Source: Paraspadella gotoi
Lineage: Eukaryota > Animalia > Chaetognatha
Direction: 5' to 3'
Assembly: GCA_051294375.1 (NCBI GenBank)
Contig: CM119266.1
Span: forward strand, 22,419,114 to 22,483,113
Length of the DNA stretch: 64,000 nucleotides
Shown here one piece after another: positions 1-13,739 of this stretch. The translations under genes and the position numbers were made by a program. The notes under the pieces are model-generated. The model had not been told where the DNA came from. It worked only from the letters and a program-made list of their open reading frames with translations, and did no database searches. Position 1 is the first letter of the stretch. Every line of letters starts with the position of its first letter.

Positions 1-488
1 TCGACTCTGAATGAAGGGGGGAATGCAGCGGAGTGACCTCAAAGCCTGAACGCAACGTCGGGTTTTCCTTTCACTCCTTTCCCCATTTCCACTCCTCTTT
101 CCCACTTCATCTCAATCCTTTACTCTCTCTCTTTCTTGCCGTAGGAATATGATTATTGTTACGCTGTCTTTAACAAAGTTATCTGATTGTATTTCTATAG
201 TGAAAATTTAAGCTACCTTTTGTGATTTTTTGACGATACGCTCCTTGGCGTAAAAAAAATTACAACCCTAGATCCTACTTTTCTTCCGTTAAATTTAAAA
301 ATTAACGAGCGTGACGAAAGCATAAAGAAAGGGAAGAGTCACATCGCTGACTTTCCGCGAAATCATCAAAAATTCAGTGAAAATCGTAATTTTAAAAAAA
401 TGCATAAAATGGGCCCGAGGAAAAATAAGCTTTTCTCTTGCCTCAAACCTAAAACGCGGGGAGGATGACATTTGCGAAAAACGGGATA
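1..488. repeat. Near-identical duplicate of 2355-2852; likely gap-fill artefact or local duplication
   Basis: Colinear with 2355-2852, differing mostly by homopolymer-length indels; ends at a 25-N gap (489-513). Confidence 0.85.
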
Positions 489-745
489 NNNNNNNNNNNN
501 NNNNNNNNNNNNNTCTCCTTCTCTTCCTCGCAGCTCCTGCCCTCTTAAAAAAAGCTCGATGGTCGGGCATCTCATCATATCGCAATCCCCAGACATTTAG
601 CCTCAATTTGGGTGAAGATGGAAAAAAGGAAAAGGGAAGAGAGCGAGAGAGCGAGAGAGAGTAAAAAATAAAAGGAAGAGCCAGAGGAACGGAAGGAAAA
701 GAAAAGATGTTGAAGAGGCAGAAAAAGGGAAGATTGAATACGTTG

Positions 746-863
<118 letters not shown>

Positions 864-3306
864 GGAGAAAGAAAGAGAGAAAAAAAATGGATGGAGGCGA
901 GAGAATAATGTTCAGAAAAAAATTTCTTTTCTTTTCTTACATTAACGAAAAACTATAGAAATGGAGGCGAAGCATTTTAAGCGTTTTTGTTTTTTTTACT
1001 CGATCTACCGCACACATTGAGAAATTTGCAGTTTAATTACTTGTATTTTCTTTTTTATCAGTCAAACCTAGCAAGTTCCAGCATCGAAACATTTTCCTCA
1101 CCCCTCGCGGCTAAAACAACAACAACAGCAACAACAAAAACAACCCGCTCACGTTCGATTCACGCATACAATCAGCCTCGCCGCTTCGCCGCCGCGCCGC
1201 CCAGCCAACATCCCCGCCTGTTTACGCCGGCGGGCGGGCAGGCGCAGTTGGCGGCGCTAATTTCCAATTAACATTCATAGAATCCGCGTTTGATATGCGT
1301 CATCCTCTGGGCGTATCCCTCCCCTCCTCCTCATACTCCTCCTCTTCCCAGTAGGGTGCCAGTTTTATAACCGAACTGCTTCCCAAGTTTCCTTCGAATT
1401 CGATTACGGTTTTCAACGCGGAGAATCTGGCTTTTTTAGGTTTGGAGCGTTTGATAGAGTTTTATATTTCTCTCTGTTATTTTAATGCGTGCAAAAAAGA
1501 TTTTTTAGCCGTGAAATTTGAGTCGTCAACTGATAAAGTATCAGTTTGATTCGTTATTGTTTTAAAATACTGTGAATGTATCGGGTAAACTAAATTTTGT
1601 TAATTAGGGATCTACCCTTAAGTATTATTACGTAGCGCAAAAAAATAAAAAAAAAATAAGTTTTTCTACTTCTCTATGGCAAAATCAGTTGTTTCACCAA
1701 ATTTTAAAAATACTTTAAAAGTATTTTGATAGGATAATTTGAAAATATATTTATATTGAAGAGATTTTGTTTCGACTTTCTTTTCGTTACATTCAAAATT
1801 CAGAGAAAACATTTTATTTGTCACAAATAACGATTTTTATTTAAAAATAGCGAACATGTTTCGACTCCTATCATTATCCCTATATTTAAATAAACATCAA
1901 CTAAATGTGGAATGGAATTTGTCTTCCAAAACAACGTCAAATGTTTAAGAACTTGAGTGTCAACGTCTTCGTTTCTCGATTGCATAATTCAACAGAAAAT
2001 GAGAACGCAAATGAATAGACTTATCACTTTACAAGGCAGTGGTCATTGAATCTAATATTTCCTGCTCCTCGAGTGCAAAGAGTTTAGAACGAACCTTCGC
2101 TCCGATTTTTTCCTTTTTTTAAACGAACGTCAATATGCAAATGAGCTTAAAAAGATCAACGTTGGAAATCCTCTGGTTTTACGCCCCGAGGGTGGAGCAC
2201 TCGTCGGGGGGCACGGGGAGGAGGAGGAGCGATGTGGGGGAGGAGGGGGGAGGAAGAGGAGCGATGTGGGGGAGGGGGGAAGGAAGAGGAGGAAGAACGA
2301 GGACCGACTTTGACTCTCAGCGTATTCTCTCCAATTCGATCCATCAAAAATCTTTCGACTCTGAATGAAGGGGGGAATGCAGCGGAGTGACCTCAAAGCC
2401 TGAACGCAACGTCGGGGTTTTCCTTTCACTCCTTTCCCCTTTTCCACTCCTCTTTCCCACTTCTCTCAATCCCTTTACTCTCTCTCTTTCTTGCAGTAGG
2501 AATATGATTATTGTTACGCTGTCCTTTAACAAAGTTTATCTGATTGTATTTCTATATTGAAAATTTAAGCTACCCTTTTGTGATTTTTTGACGAACGCTC
2601 CTTGCCGTAAAAAAAATTAACCAACCCTAGATCCTACTTTTCGTTCCGTTAAAATTTAAAAATTAACGAGCGTGACGAAAGCATAAAGATAAGGGAAGAG
2701 TCACATCGCTGACTTTCCTCGAAATCATCAAAAATTCAGTGAAAATCGTAATTTTAAAAAATGCATAAAATGGGCCCGAGGAAAAATAAGCTTTTCTCTT
2801 TGCCTCGAAACCTAAACGCGGGGGAGGATGACATTTGCGAAAAACGGGGATAAAACAATATTTACATCATTCATGGGATGAATTATAATCATTTTTAAAC
2901 GTAAAGGACAACAAAAAAAAANNNNNNNNNNNNNNNNNNNNNNNNNNNNNNNNNNNNNNNNNNNNNNNNNNNNNNNNNNNNNNNNNNNNNNNNNNNNNNN
3001 NNNNNNNNNNNNNNNNNNNNNNNNNNNNNNNNNNNNNNNNNNNNNNNNNNNNNNNNNNNNNNNNNNNNNNNNNNNNNNNCGTCGAAACTTCTGTGCCTCC
3101 CCTTTTGTGTCGCGCTCCGCCGATGGCAACCAGTTTCGCTCACCGGACCCGATGGCGCTGCATGACTCGCTCCCTGTCTCTCTCTCTCTTTCGGCTCAGG
3201 TTTTAGGACTCTCTCTCTCACATATCTTTCTCCCCATATATCCCCACAACCTCTCTGGCTCTATCTCCCCAAGCCTCCCCCTCCTCCTCCGCCTCCTCCT
3301 CTTTCA

Positions 3307-3336
3307 GGATTAATCCCTTTCCTAATCCTCGGATTA
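3307..3336. promoter_or_regulatory. Cluster of four K50-homeodomain (Otx/Pitx/Gsc-type) TAATCC/GGATTA sites
   Basis: GGATTAATCC palindrome (3307-3316), CTAATCC (3322-3328) and GGATTA (3331-3336) within 30 bp. Confidence 0.4.
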
Positions 3337-5452
3337 TCCGTGTCGCTTCACGCCTGGGAGGAGAACTTTTTTTTGGCGCGGAGTAAAAAAAAAAAGGCCA
3401 CGAGGGGGATCGTGATTCGGTCCCTTTAAAAGGGCCGAAGAAAAGAAAAAAAAGTTATCCCTTTCCTTTTTTCTTGTCGTGAAGGAAAATCACGTTCGGT
3501 TAAATGATGAATCTGTTTTTTTTTTGTGAGCGTCTCTTTTCGTGCGTAGAAATAGAAAACGTTTCAAATATTTCGATTGTTTTTTATTCGGTTGCTAGGA
3601 GACGGTTTAACGTTCTCCCCCTTCCACTGAGTCCTCGTCGCCCCTGTTGTTTTTTTTCCGTTTCTGTTATGTTTCTCTTTTCCCTCCCGCTCATCCTCGA
3701 TATTTTCTTCGTCTTCATAGTCGCTCCTCTTTTTCGCATTTGTTTACATCGGCAATGTTTTTGTTTACTCCTGTCGGATCCCCGGATGTTGAAACATCCT
3801 TGTGAGATGAAAACAATCGCGCGACTTTCTGTCGATCAAAAGAGCATCGAGACGCGAACGAATTTTGCGAAAGAAAAAAGATTGCGGCGCGCGGGTGAGG
3901 ATGGCGGCAGCTGCGGAGGACGCCGAGCAGAGGATGCGACTGCTGCAAAGGTTAAAAGAAAGATCGAGTTCATTGGACAAACGAAATAAACAATCCGGTT
4001 CATAACGATATAAGCAGAAAGATATCATCCAGTTGAAAAGTGAATAATAGAAAATTGTACAATGTACTGAACTAATTGTATCCCGCNNNNNNNNNNNNNN
4101 NNNNNNNNNNNNNNNNNNNNNNNNNNNNNNNNNNNNNNNNNNNNNNNNNNNNNNNNNNNNNNNNNNNNNNNNNNNNNNNNNNNNNNNNNNNNNNNNNNNN
4201 NNNNNNNNNNNNNNNNNNNNNNNNNNNNNNNNNNNNNNNNNNNNNNNNNNNNNNNNNNNNNNNNNNNNNNNNNNNNNNNNNNNNNNNNNNNNNNNNNNNN
4301 NNNNNNNNNNNNNNNNNNNNNNNNNNNNNNNNNNNNNNNNNNNNNCCCTTTTTCGGTCGGCCTCTTCCTTAGTCTTCCCTTTTTCTTTGTCCATTTCCTT
4401 TTTCCCAACATCGTCTCACTCTCGTTTTCCTCTTTGCTTTTATCTTCCATCGAAACCTTTAATTTTTCGTTTTTCACTTATTCTTTTTTCNNNNNNNNNN
4501 ACCCGTCTTTTCTTTCTATTCTGAGTGCTCGCCCTTCTCACTGAAAATAATAAATAACAAAGTAACTGATTAAATGTGTGATTGGCTGTTTATTNNNNNN
4601 NNNNNNNNNNNNNNNNNNNNNNNNNNNNNNNNNNNNNNNNNNNNNNNNNNNNNNNNNNNNNNNNNNNNNNNNNNNNNNNNNNNNNNNNNNNNNNNNNNNN
4701 NNNNNNNNNNNNNNNNNNNNNNNNNNNNNNNNNNNNNNNNNNNNNNNNNNNNNNNNNNNNNNNNNNNNNNNNNNNNNNNNNNNNNNNNNNNNNNNNNNNN
4801 NNNNNNNNNNNNNNNNNNNNNNNNNNNNNNNNNNNNNNNNNNNNNNNNNNNNNNNNNNNNNNNNNNNNNAGAAAGACAGAAAGACCGAATTCTTTTGAGT
4901 GTGACTCTGGTTGCGCCTATGCCGCTACAAGCTTCTGTATCCATAATGAATTAGTCCTCCTTCTTTTCGATGGAAAAAGATCCGAAGAGGAAAACGTTCG
5001 GTCCGCGTTTTTTTTTCCGGTGGTGGTTGATGATCCGACTTCGGGGTGGTCTCTCGTGAAAAATAACAAAAGAATTTGTTAATTTGTAATATTTTATAAA
5101 ATGAATTCAATGAATACGTTTCATGTAGTTTCTTATTTGATTTTCTTCCTTTTTTTATCTCAAAAGGTTTGGGAATTCTGCCATAAAGAAAAATAAAGAA
5201 GAAAAGGAAAAAAGTTACTTCAGTCAAATGCGTGTTTTTGCGTGTGAGTGTGTGCGTGTGTGTGCACATCTCTGTGAAGGAGAGAACTCGAAAATCTATT
5301 CAAATTCCCGTTTTGAGGTCGAAACGTTTGATTTTTTTTCGCCTTATCTGATAAATAGGGATGTCAGCCAGGCTGTGTCGAAATACTTATTATATTGCAA
5401 TTCTCATTTTTCTCTATTTTACGTCTTCGCTATAAGTTTTTTATCTCCCTTT

Positions 5453-5454
5453 GT

Positions 5455-5545
<91 letters not shown>
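5453..5545. repeat. (TTTC)n microsatellite
   Basis: Direct inspection. Confidence 0.95.
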
Positions 5546-5546
<1 letters not shown>

Positions 5547-6249
5547 TTTTCTTTCTTTCTTTAACTTTTTTATCTCATTTTCTTCTTTCTAACTTTCTTT
5601 CTTTCTATCTTTTTTTTCTTTCTGTCTTTCTCTCTTTACCTCTTTCTTTCTTTCCATCTTTCAATGAAAGTCCCTTCGAGCCACTCTCCGCTTTCGGGAT
5701 GAATTCATCAGAAAAGGGGTGTGACTGAATGATAATGAAAAACTTTAAGCGATCGACGACCCGCAGGGCGAGAGGCGTTGGTGACTGGGTGCTTGGGGTG
5801 ATTGAGGTGATGGTTTGGGGTGATTGGTTGGGGCGATTGGGTGATGATGGTTAAGGTTGGGGTAGAATTGGCGGGTTAGATGCCGGGTTCCTCAAAATAT
5901 TAAGTAGGAACAAGGAGCGAAAGTTTTTTCTAAATTTAAAATCCAAATATAACTCGAGCGAGAGAAAACCGCGGAGAATTAAAAAAACGAACCAAGCAAA
6001 AAACACTCTCATGTTGACAACATCGATGTTTTTTTGTGGAAGGAAAGAGAAAAAAACAATGTTGTATTTTTTGGGGGTCGAATCGCGAGATCGTATCTCT
6101 TTGTCTTCGAACTTCGAGGTCCAAAAAATCTCTCATTTTTTTTATCTTTTTTCTTTCTTTTTCTTATTCTATTTTTTTTTTTTTTTTTTTGAGGCGAGGG
6201 TCGACAAATCCGCATCAATTCGGCCAACACTTTACCTTATCAGCGAAGA

Positions 6250-6261
6250 AAGGAGAGAGAG

Positions 6262-6312
<51 letters not shown>

Positions 6313-6668
6313 AAGAGAGAGAGAGAGAGCAGAGGAAAAAAAAAAGTGGGGGGAGAAATTTATGAAGGCCCAGATTTTTTTGGCGAAGAATAAAAAATTG
6401 ATCGGGGAACAGTTGGAGGGATGATGGGGATTGGTGGGGTGGTGGCGGTGGGTGGGGTGGTGTGGTGGTTAGGAGTGACTTAGTAACGGAATTTCTTATC
6501 TTCGAAAGAATCGATTTGGTCGACTTTTCAATTTTATTTCTTGAGGGAAAAAAAAAAGTGAGAGGGGGATGGAGTGGGGAAGGAAGCTGATTGAGTCAGG
6601 GGGACCGGAGTTATTTTGTTTTATTATTGAAAAGTTTGGCCAATGGAAAATAGTTGGGATTAGTCAAC
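6250..6668. repeat. Near-identical duplicate of 17708-18139
   Basis: Shared GGAGAAATTTATGAAGGCC...TTAGGAGTGACTTAGTAACGGAAT...GGCCAATGG; the second copy starts at a ~25-N gap and differs by indels. Confidence 0.85.
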
Positions 6669-7869
6669 ATTAAAACTATAATTTTAAGTAAAAAAGGGAA
6701 ATGGTCAATTGGTGAATACTCTGGGGAATCTGGCTTTGATGACACTAGAATTTCTTGTAGCTCAAAGCAGATAATTAATCTTAAATACTAATGAATATAT
6801 ATCTCAGTCTTTAATAATATATATATTTATGAGCAGAATAGTTTAAATATTTTTTGTCATAAGAGTTTTTTTTTTTTTTTGTATAGTTACTTGTCCTAAA
6901 TATTTTTTCTATGTTGAGGGATTGGCTGAGTAGAGCAAAAAAGTTAAACAAGAAATATAAATTACAGGATTTTAAAAAATGTTCTGTTTTCTCAGTAAAA
7001 ATTAAAAAAAATTTTCATGAGTTTTCTTATTTTGGAGCGCAAACTTATCATAAAAATATTTAAAAAAGAATTATACTTTGTGTAGACCAACTTTCATGAG
7101 CCATTTGCGAGGAGAGTTGCGTTATAGAAGAGGATTATAGAATATCTGTATCACATAATACATGCTATAATACACCATATTAAAATTAATTACTAAGGAG
7201 TATATGACAGCCATATAAAGATATTTTTTTGGGTCCATCTGAAAAGTATAGCACTTAAAAAATGTATAAATTTTATTGCTGATCGACGCAAAAATGTACT
7301 CGTCTAGAATCTATATTGTTGAACTCACACGACCCATGAGATGCGGCTACCACGCCTGATCTCTTGAAGTAAGTTAAAGACCACCATCGTTCTTCTCTGA
7401 TCTCTCTCCCTGCAAAAATCACGATTCCTGCTCCCTGTAGGAATCAAGACGCCAGAAGAAATATGCGCAAATATAGCCCTGCAGCTAGAACAAGATACTT
7501 GATCAAGTGACCATTTCCTGTCTTCACATAATGGGGTACAAAAAATTTCCTGAACAATCGTAAATAGATCATGTTCTCTTAAAATATTAATTTTGTAAGC
7601 TTAATAAAATTTTACTCATTTTTACCAATGCGTCCATCTAAGCAAGCAAACAAAAAATTAATGACAACCTTTAATATAATAAAATACGAATCAGTTGCAA
7701 AAATTGAGGCCTGCTTAAATTTGTCTCGAGGAATCTGAAGAGCATACAAATAAACTATTTAGAGCAAAGATTATATTGGATTTTGAGAAAACCCATTAAA
7801 TGGAAATACACGGGACTAGGGTTTTGTTTAACATTAGTAACATCGGTAACATCATTGAATACGTTAACT

Positions 7870-8035
7870 TTTCTACCTAATATATCCTAACTGTAAAATC
7901 AGCAAAACCTAGAGTAAAAAATTATTGATCCTCATTAAAAATAAAGTACATCTTAAAGGAGGAGGCTCGAGAATCCTCCCTCAGGACCATATGAACAAGC
8001 TTCTTATGTCAAGCATTCACAAAAACATACTTCTA
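7870..8035 (+). pseudogene. Decayed hAT-superfamily transposase C-terminal dimerisation-domain remnant
   Basis: Frame reads YLIYPNCKISKT*SKKLLILIKNK...LPQDHMNKLLMSSIHKNIL, resembling the hAT dimerisation consensus (YLxxPxxxxxxERxFSxLxxIKxxxR...xxRLxxLxxxxIH); contains an in-frame stop. Confidence 0.4.
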
Positions 8036-9009
8036 GGATCTTGTGGTTTCCTTATGAAATGGACGTCGACCAGTGGTAATAACTATTCAAATTTGAAAAA
8101 AAAAATGTTTGTTGTTTATATTCGAACTAGAGCCTCATCGCATCCATGGACAATACAGACCTGCCGGTTTAAACATGATTAAAACGTTTAATTTTTGGGG
8201 TTCCAGTGCATTGAAATTTATTCTTCTCTCTATTGAAAACCATATTCTCTGGATCATTAATTTGACAATCATCGATCACCTTATCTCCTAACTCCCTTAT
8301 CCATAGATTTATAACCTTAACCGTTAACCCTAACGCTCAAATCATTAACCTTAATCACTAACCTTGTAATAAAAAGATGGTATGATGCGGTTCCGGCTGT
8401 CATCGAACTGTCGCGCGTGGTAAACGCTTAGCAAAATTTCCATCCAAGATACCGCCACGCTATACGAATGAGGCGCGGTGCACTCTGAATTTGGGAGTTT
8501 GACAATTGCAACGTTTAAGGGTCTCCTAATTAATAACAATTTGGATGACTTATAATAACCCGATTTTAGGTCTTAAACGTGCTATTTACCATACTATGTT
8601 GTAGCATTCGTGAATATAATGCTCCTCTGAATGGGTTCTATACTCAAGTTCCGCACAATACTAATCTCTAATTCCGGTCTATATTTTTACTTCGCCGACC
8701 GTGATTTGTTGCGGTCGGTCTAATTCTCTTTTTCGCTTCTTATGAGCAACGGTATAAAAATCTTGCTACAAAAATATATCCCTTAAAAAAAAAAGACATC
8801 TGCCTTAAGAAAGGGGGTTCATAAATGAAAATCCATTTCCTCCAAAAAAATTTGTTAAAAAAATTAAAAACCCCAAATTTCCCTAACAAACCCCTAACCC
8901 TAAACGCCACCTAATCCCTAACCCAACCTCAAACCCATGTTACTAAACCGTTTCAAAACATATAAATAAAAATATTATTTTTTCTCCTCTTTCTTTCATT
9001 GTTTTGTTT

Positions 9010-9270
9010 CACTTACTTGTTTCTGGCTTCCAAATGTAAACCTTCTCTACTCAGCGACGAATCCAAACCAATTCCTCCGTATCTTTGTGAAACAAAATTT
9101 TTTCAAAACTCCTTAAAATACTTCCATCACAAATACCACGTCTGTAATAACCTATATATTACTCTGTGTTTAAACATAAATCGTGTTTTATGTGCGCTGA
9201 TGAAAGCTTACATTGAAGCTTAAACAATAGTCCGAAATATTATGTCTTTCTTATAAAACTCGTACAATTC
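9010..9270 (+). mobile_element. Penelope-like element 3' remnant with degenerate hammerhead motif
   Basis: KCKPSLLSDESKPIPPYL resembles the end of a PLE GIY-YIG domain (KPxLNxDxGxxLPxxY). It is followed by CTGATGAAAGCTTA...AGTCCGAAATATTATGTC (9197-9246), similar to the motif at 56604-56639. Confidence 0.4.
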
Positions 9271-12200
9271 ATTTTGCTAATCTCAAATCATAAAATAATT
9301 TTTTTTAAATTATTATTTATTATAAAAATTATAAAATTTATATTACCGAAACAAAAAATAAAATTATTATTTTATTTGCGTAATATCATGAGGCAAACGA
9401 GAGAGTACCTTATATGTGTATCGGCACTTAACAAACGCCTTGCGTCGCTCGAACCCACCGACACGGTGGTGCCTAATTGCCTAAAGGTTTGCTCGACGTG
9501 CGTTGACCTGCAAGGGCCGAGGGGGGCGCGACGCGATGTGGTGAATAAATCCTTAAAGCTTAACCTTAATATTAGAGATTTGAGATATTTAACGGAAGGG
9601 AGAGAGCAGAAAGTTAATTTTTGTTATAATATCTACAACGGATTTACGCTCGAGCTTTTTGGACAAAGTCTACTGGATGCGATTACTTCTTTCTGTTCCT
9701 AATTGCGGCGGTCACTTATTGTCGTATCGTGGTTGAAATCGTTAGAGGGCTTTGTAAGTGCTCGTGAGCCAGCGGTAGCCATAAGAGAAGTTGGAAACCG
9801 AGTACTTGGAGCTTATCCGGAGCTGCATCCTGTAGTAAAGGGAACGTCGTCGCTAATCAGAGAATCGACTGATCACAATGGAAAGCAGGACGAGCCCAGC
9901 GAGGACGGCGGAAAGGATAGGAATACGGATCCGCCGAACTCACACCTAAACCCTAATTACTGTTTTTATGACAATTGAAACATTTTTGAAATATTATACC
10001 AATCTTCATCTGATTAGGTGATTAGGCCAGGTAGCTCTGGGAGTGAATAAACGGACTGTGAGAGAGTCTTGATTAAAAGCTTGCAGGGAATTTCTGCGAG
10101 AAATGAAAATTATGCTGTAAAGAGTAGGAGGCCTAAACCATCCAAAGTCAAGAAAAGGCGAAGGATAGCTTATGTTCATTTGATACATTACGTTGTCCAA
10201 GTTTCATTAGAATCCGCGACGCGATTATGAGCAATCTAGAGAATTTAAGGCTCAAAACTTAACGATGATATATCGACTTGGCCGAAAGTAACCAAAAGCC
10301 GATGAAATTTAAATATACAGCATTAATATAATCTATCATGGAAAGCATAGATTAATATAATCGATTAAAATATTTTTTTCGCAAAATGCTTCGTTGCTGA
10401 AAGGTACTGAGCCTAACTATAAAATGATTACTAATTATTATATATGTGACATATGGATTTTTTAAAAAAAGCATAAAGAGAGTGAAACAAAATATAATTT
10501 CGAGGCTTTTAAAAGTTACATTTTCTAAGAAAAGAATCAAATAACTGAATAAAACATAGAGAGAAAAGATGATGAATGATATAGAATTTTTATGGTGTTT
10601 TCTTATATTTTTGACTCTACTTAATACAAAATGAGAGAGAGAGAGAGAATTATACTTTGGTAGGACAACATTTTTAATAAGCTATCTGATCTGAGTCTTA
10701 AAAATTTTTAAACCTTAACCTATCTATAAAAAAATAATAGACTAGGGGACATAGAGCCACACTAGCAAATTTTTTGTCGCTGTGAAATAATAGTCTTAAA
10801 TATGCAATAAATTTTCGTTTGAGGCCTGTATCTCACACTACAATTCTGACAACCAGCCCTACCGGAAAGGAAACAATACATTTGACAAAAAAAAAATCAG
10901 CAAATATAATACATTGGCAGTGATTTCTATCTAGGAATTAGGCATAAAAACCACTTTTTTCAATTTGTCTCAGAATATTACCAACTCAAAAATGATTAAA
11001 TTGCTTTAAACTCTAAGACCAAGTTGGCTAGACTACGGGATTAAATTGAAATCCTCTACTGTCATTTTTCTAATTAAGAATCAGAACATTTTTGCCTACT
11101 TTAATAAAAAAAATTATGTCCATTTTTGTCCATTTTTTGAGACGTTTTTCTTGAGATTTGATAAATGCAAGATCAATTGAAGAAAAATTTTTTACTCTGG
11201 CTTTTCCGGGTCCTTCTCTTCTTTAGCCTGTCTTGAAATGGTTCATTTGATGTTAATCATCTATTTGTTTGCTAAATGAATTAAATTTTTTAAATTGACT
11301 ATCAAAACTTCCATTTTTAACATTTATTAAAATTCTGTTAAATGAAAATACTTCAAAAGTCCACTATTCTAATCAATAATCCCCATTGTTGGTGCTTCTG
11401 GTACGCTAAAAAAAATTAAGGCAAAAAATATTTAATACTTTAGCTGGAAAAAAATTTTAAGCCAACTTGAGAGATTTTGTGAAGGTGCGTTTTATTTTGA
11501 ACTAAACTCGGTTTTTGACTTATTTATAGTTTTAATTAGCTGAAGAAACTATACTAAAGTTGTCGAATTAAAAAAAAAACCGCCCTTCTTTTAATTGAAG
11601 AGGGGAAGCGTCAGCAGATTAATTTTCGTTTCAATCGCATTTTTTGGCTGGAAAAATTTCCGCAAAAATCTGTCGATTTTTTAAAATTCTGCTTGGCAAC
11701 CAAACTTCCGCTAAATCATACCACTACTCTAGAATTTTTTTTTTCTACATTAACATTTTAAAGATTTTTATACACCAGTATGATATGAATGCAAAAATGA
11801 GTGAGATGAGTGGAATGAGAAAAAGAGAGGAAGAAAGAGAATGGGTGAAAAAAATTGAAGGAGAGGGAGAGAAGAGTGGAAAGGAAATTAATATAATGGG
11901 GAGAGGGGGGAAACGAGGAACAATTGAGGAGAGAAGATAAAGATAAGAAAAGGGAGGAAAGAAGAATCAGATAGGGAGAAAAAACAGGAGATTGAGAAGA
12001 AGGAAAGAGAGAGAGAGAAGAAAAGAAGGGATGACACAGAGAAGGACAGAAAAGTTATGAGAAAGGAGAGATACACGAAAGAGAGAAAGAGAGAAAATAG
12101 AAGAGACAGAGAGAAAAATTCAGGAGAGAAAAATAGATATGGATAAAAAAAAGAAAACATAGTTTTAAAATAATAACGTAGTCCATTGTTTGCTAAAGCA

Positions 12201-13074
12201 GTAGTATATTTAAAAACCGCGATAGATCTGACGACAATTTAATCTTTAAAAGTTACGCCCTTACCCAGAAAATCGTTTTAGTTTAATCTGTAGTTATGTC
12301 AGATAACCGTAATTAGAATGATTGTACGTAAAAGAAATCCAGTGTCTTACCGTATTTGGAAAGCATAGAATTCATCCAGTGAGTTCTATGTTATAAGGAG
12401 AAGATAACTAAGCCAACCGTTTTTTTTAAAGAAAGAGTGGTTTCCATATTCTATCAGGTGGAAAAAAAGAAATAATAGTGTATTTAAGTTCAATTTCATT
12501 GTTTGAAAATACCCAAAACAAATCACTTGCCACATGTATACACGTTTAAAGTTGTTTTTTTTTTTTCGTTTAAAAGATTTACTTTTTTTCTTTTTTTTTT
12601 CTGAAAGAAAAAAGATGAGACAAATTTAATAATTTCCGCGAGAATGAAAAAGAAAGCAATTGTGAAAAACCGTATTGGGATTTTTAAAGAAACAAGTATG
12701 AACATGAAATATGGTGGAGTGTTCTGTAGCGAGCGGAGCAAGCAAGAAAACGAGAAAATATTTTTGTATTTATTTATTGTTAGGAAAGATGCTGATAAGA
12801 GCTTAGTAGCGAGTTATTGAGACGGGTTGTGGTCTCGTTTTAATCAGGAAGATTAGTGTTTCCCTTTGAAAGTGTAATAGAAAGACGCCGGAAGGAGGTG
12901 TTTACACTCCATTGGAGTTTATTTTTCACCATCAAATCTTACTTTTGATGGGCAATGATTTCAAAAAGAAGCGGACACGGGCCTCCTTACGCCTCCAAAC
13001 GTTTCCACGACGAGAGGTTGGGAAAGTGGATTCCTTGGGACTTGGCAGTTTGGCAAAGTGCCCGCGGAAATGGA

Positions 13075-13165
13075 TTGGCCGCTTGGGACTGGGCGAATAC
13101 AGAAGGCCCGGGAGCTTCCCACTTTTTCGGGGGTCAAGGTTCGAATCCGGTCGTGTCGACCTCCA
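13075..13165 (+). mobile_element. Possible degenerate tRNA-derived SINE head
   Basis: Pol III B-box GGTTCGAATCC at 13138-13148 in a GC-rich patch; no proper cloverleaf. Confidence 0.3.
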
Positions 13166-13739
13166 TAAGGAACCCGCGATCGTCGTGGCAATGTCAATGC
13201 ATATCCCACAATCGGTCTTCCGTTCCAGTTAACCACAACTGTTGATTCTCCTTGTCCCAGTCCAGGAGCATTCAACGTTATTGTACTTGGTATAAAACAA
13301 GAATTGCAGAACATCAAAAATATAATATAAAGCTTTTTATTTAAAATTTAATAATAAAGCTTAATTATAGCAAAACGAAAACCTTAATTGAAAATAATGG
13401 TACGAAAAACAAGTTATTACGATTCAACACGTCAACGCTAACTGTAATAAAAACTGTTGAGAACTGAGAGGGCGGGAACACGAGCTGCATCGGAATTCCT
13501 CTGATTCCTTTATACAAAGTTAATTTATAAAACAAAAGGAAGCGCTAAGTAGTCGCATAGTCTGCCCGTCAGCATTAAACGACAAAAGGGCAAATTTCTA
13601 ACTTTTCGAAAGTGTACTACTCTAATATATTTTTTAAAAAAGATAATTATTACCTAATATTAAGGCGTAAGTGAAAGTTGCAGATCAAAATTCGAATAGT
13701 TGTTATAAACAGTACTTGTACTACAAGAACATTGATATG

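Noticed and set aside
5689-5712. Minus-strand CUGAUGA...GAAA hammerhead-like core
   Set aside because: No stem II can form; the CTGATGA at ~49374 likewise lacks GAAA.
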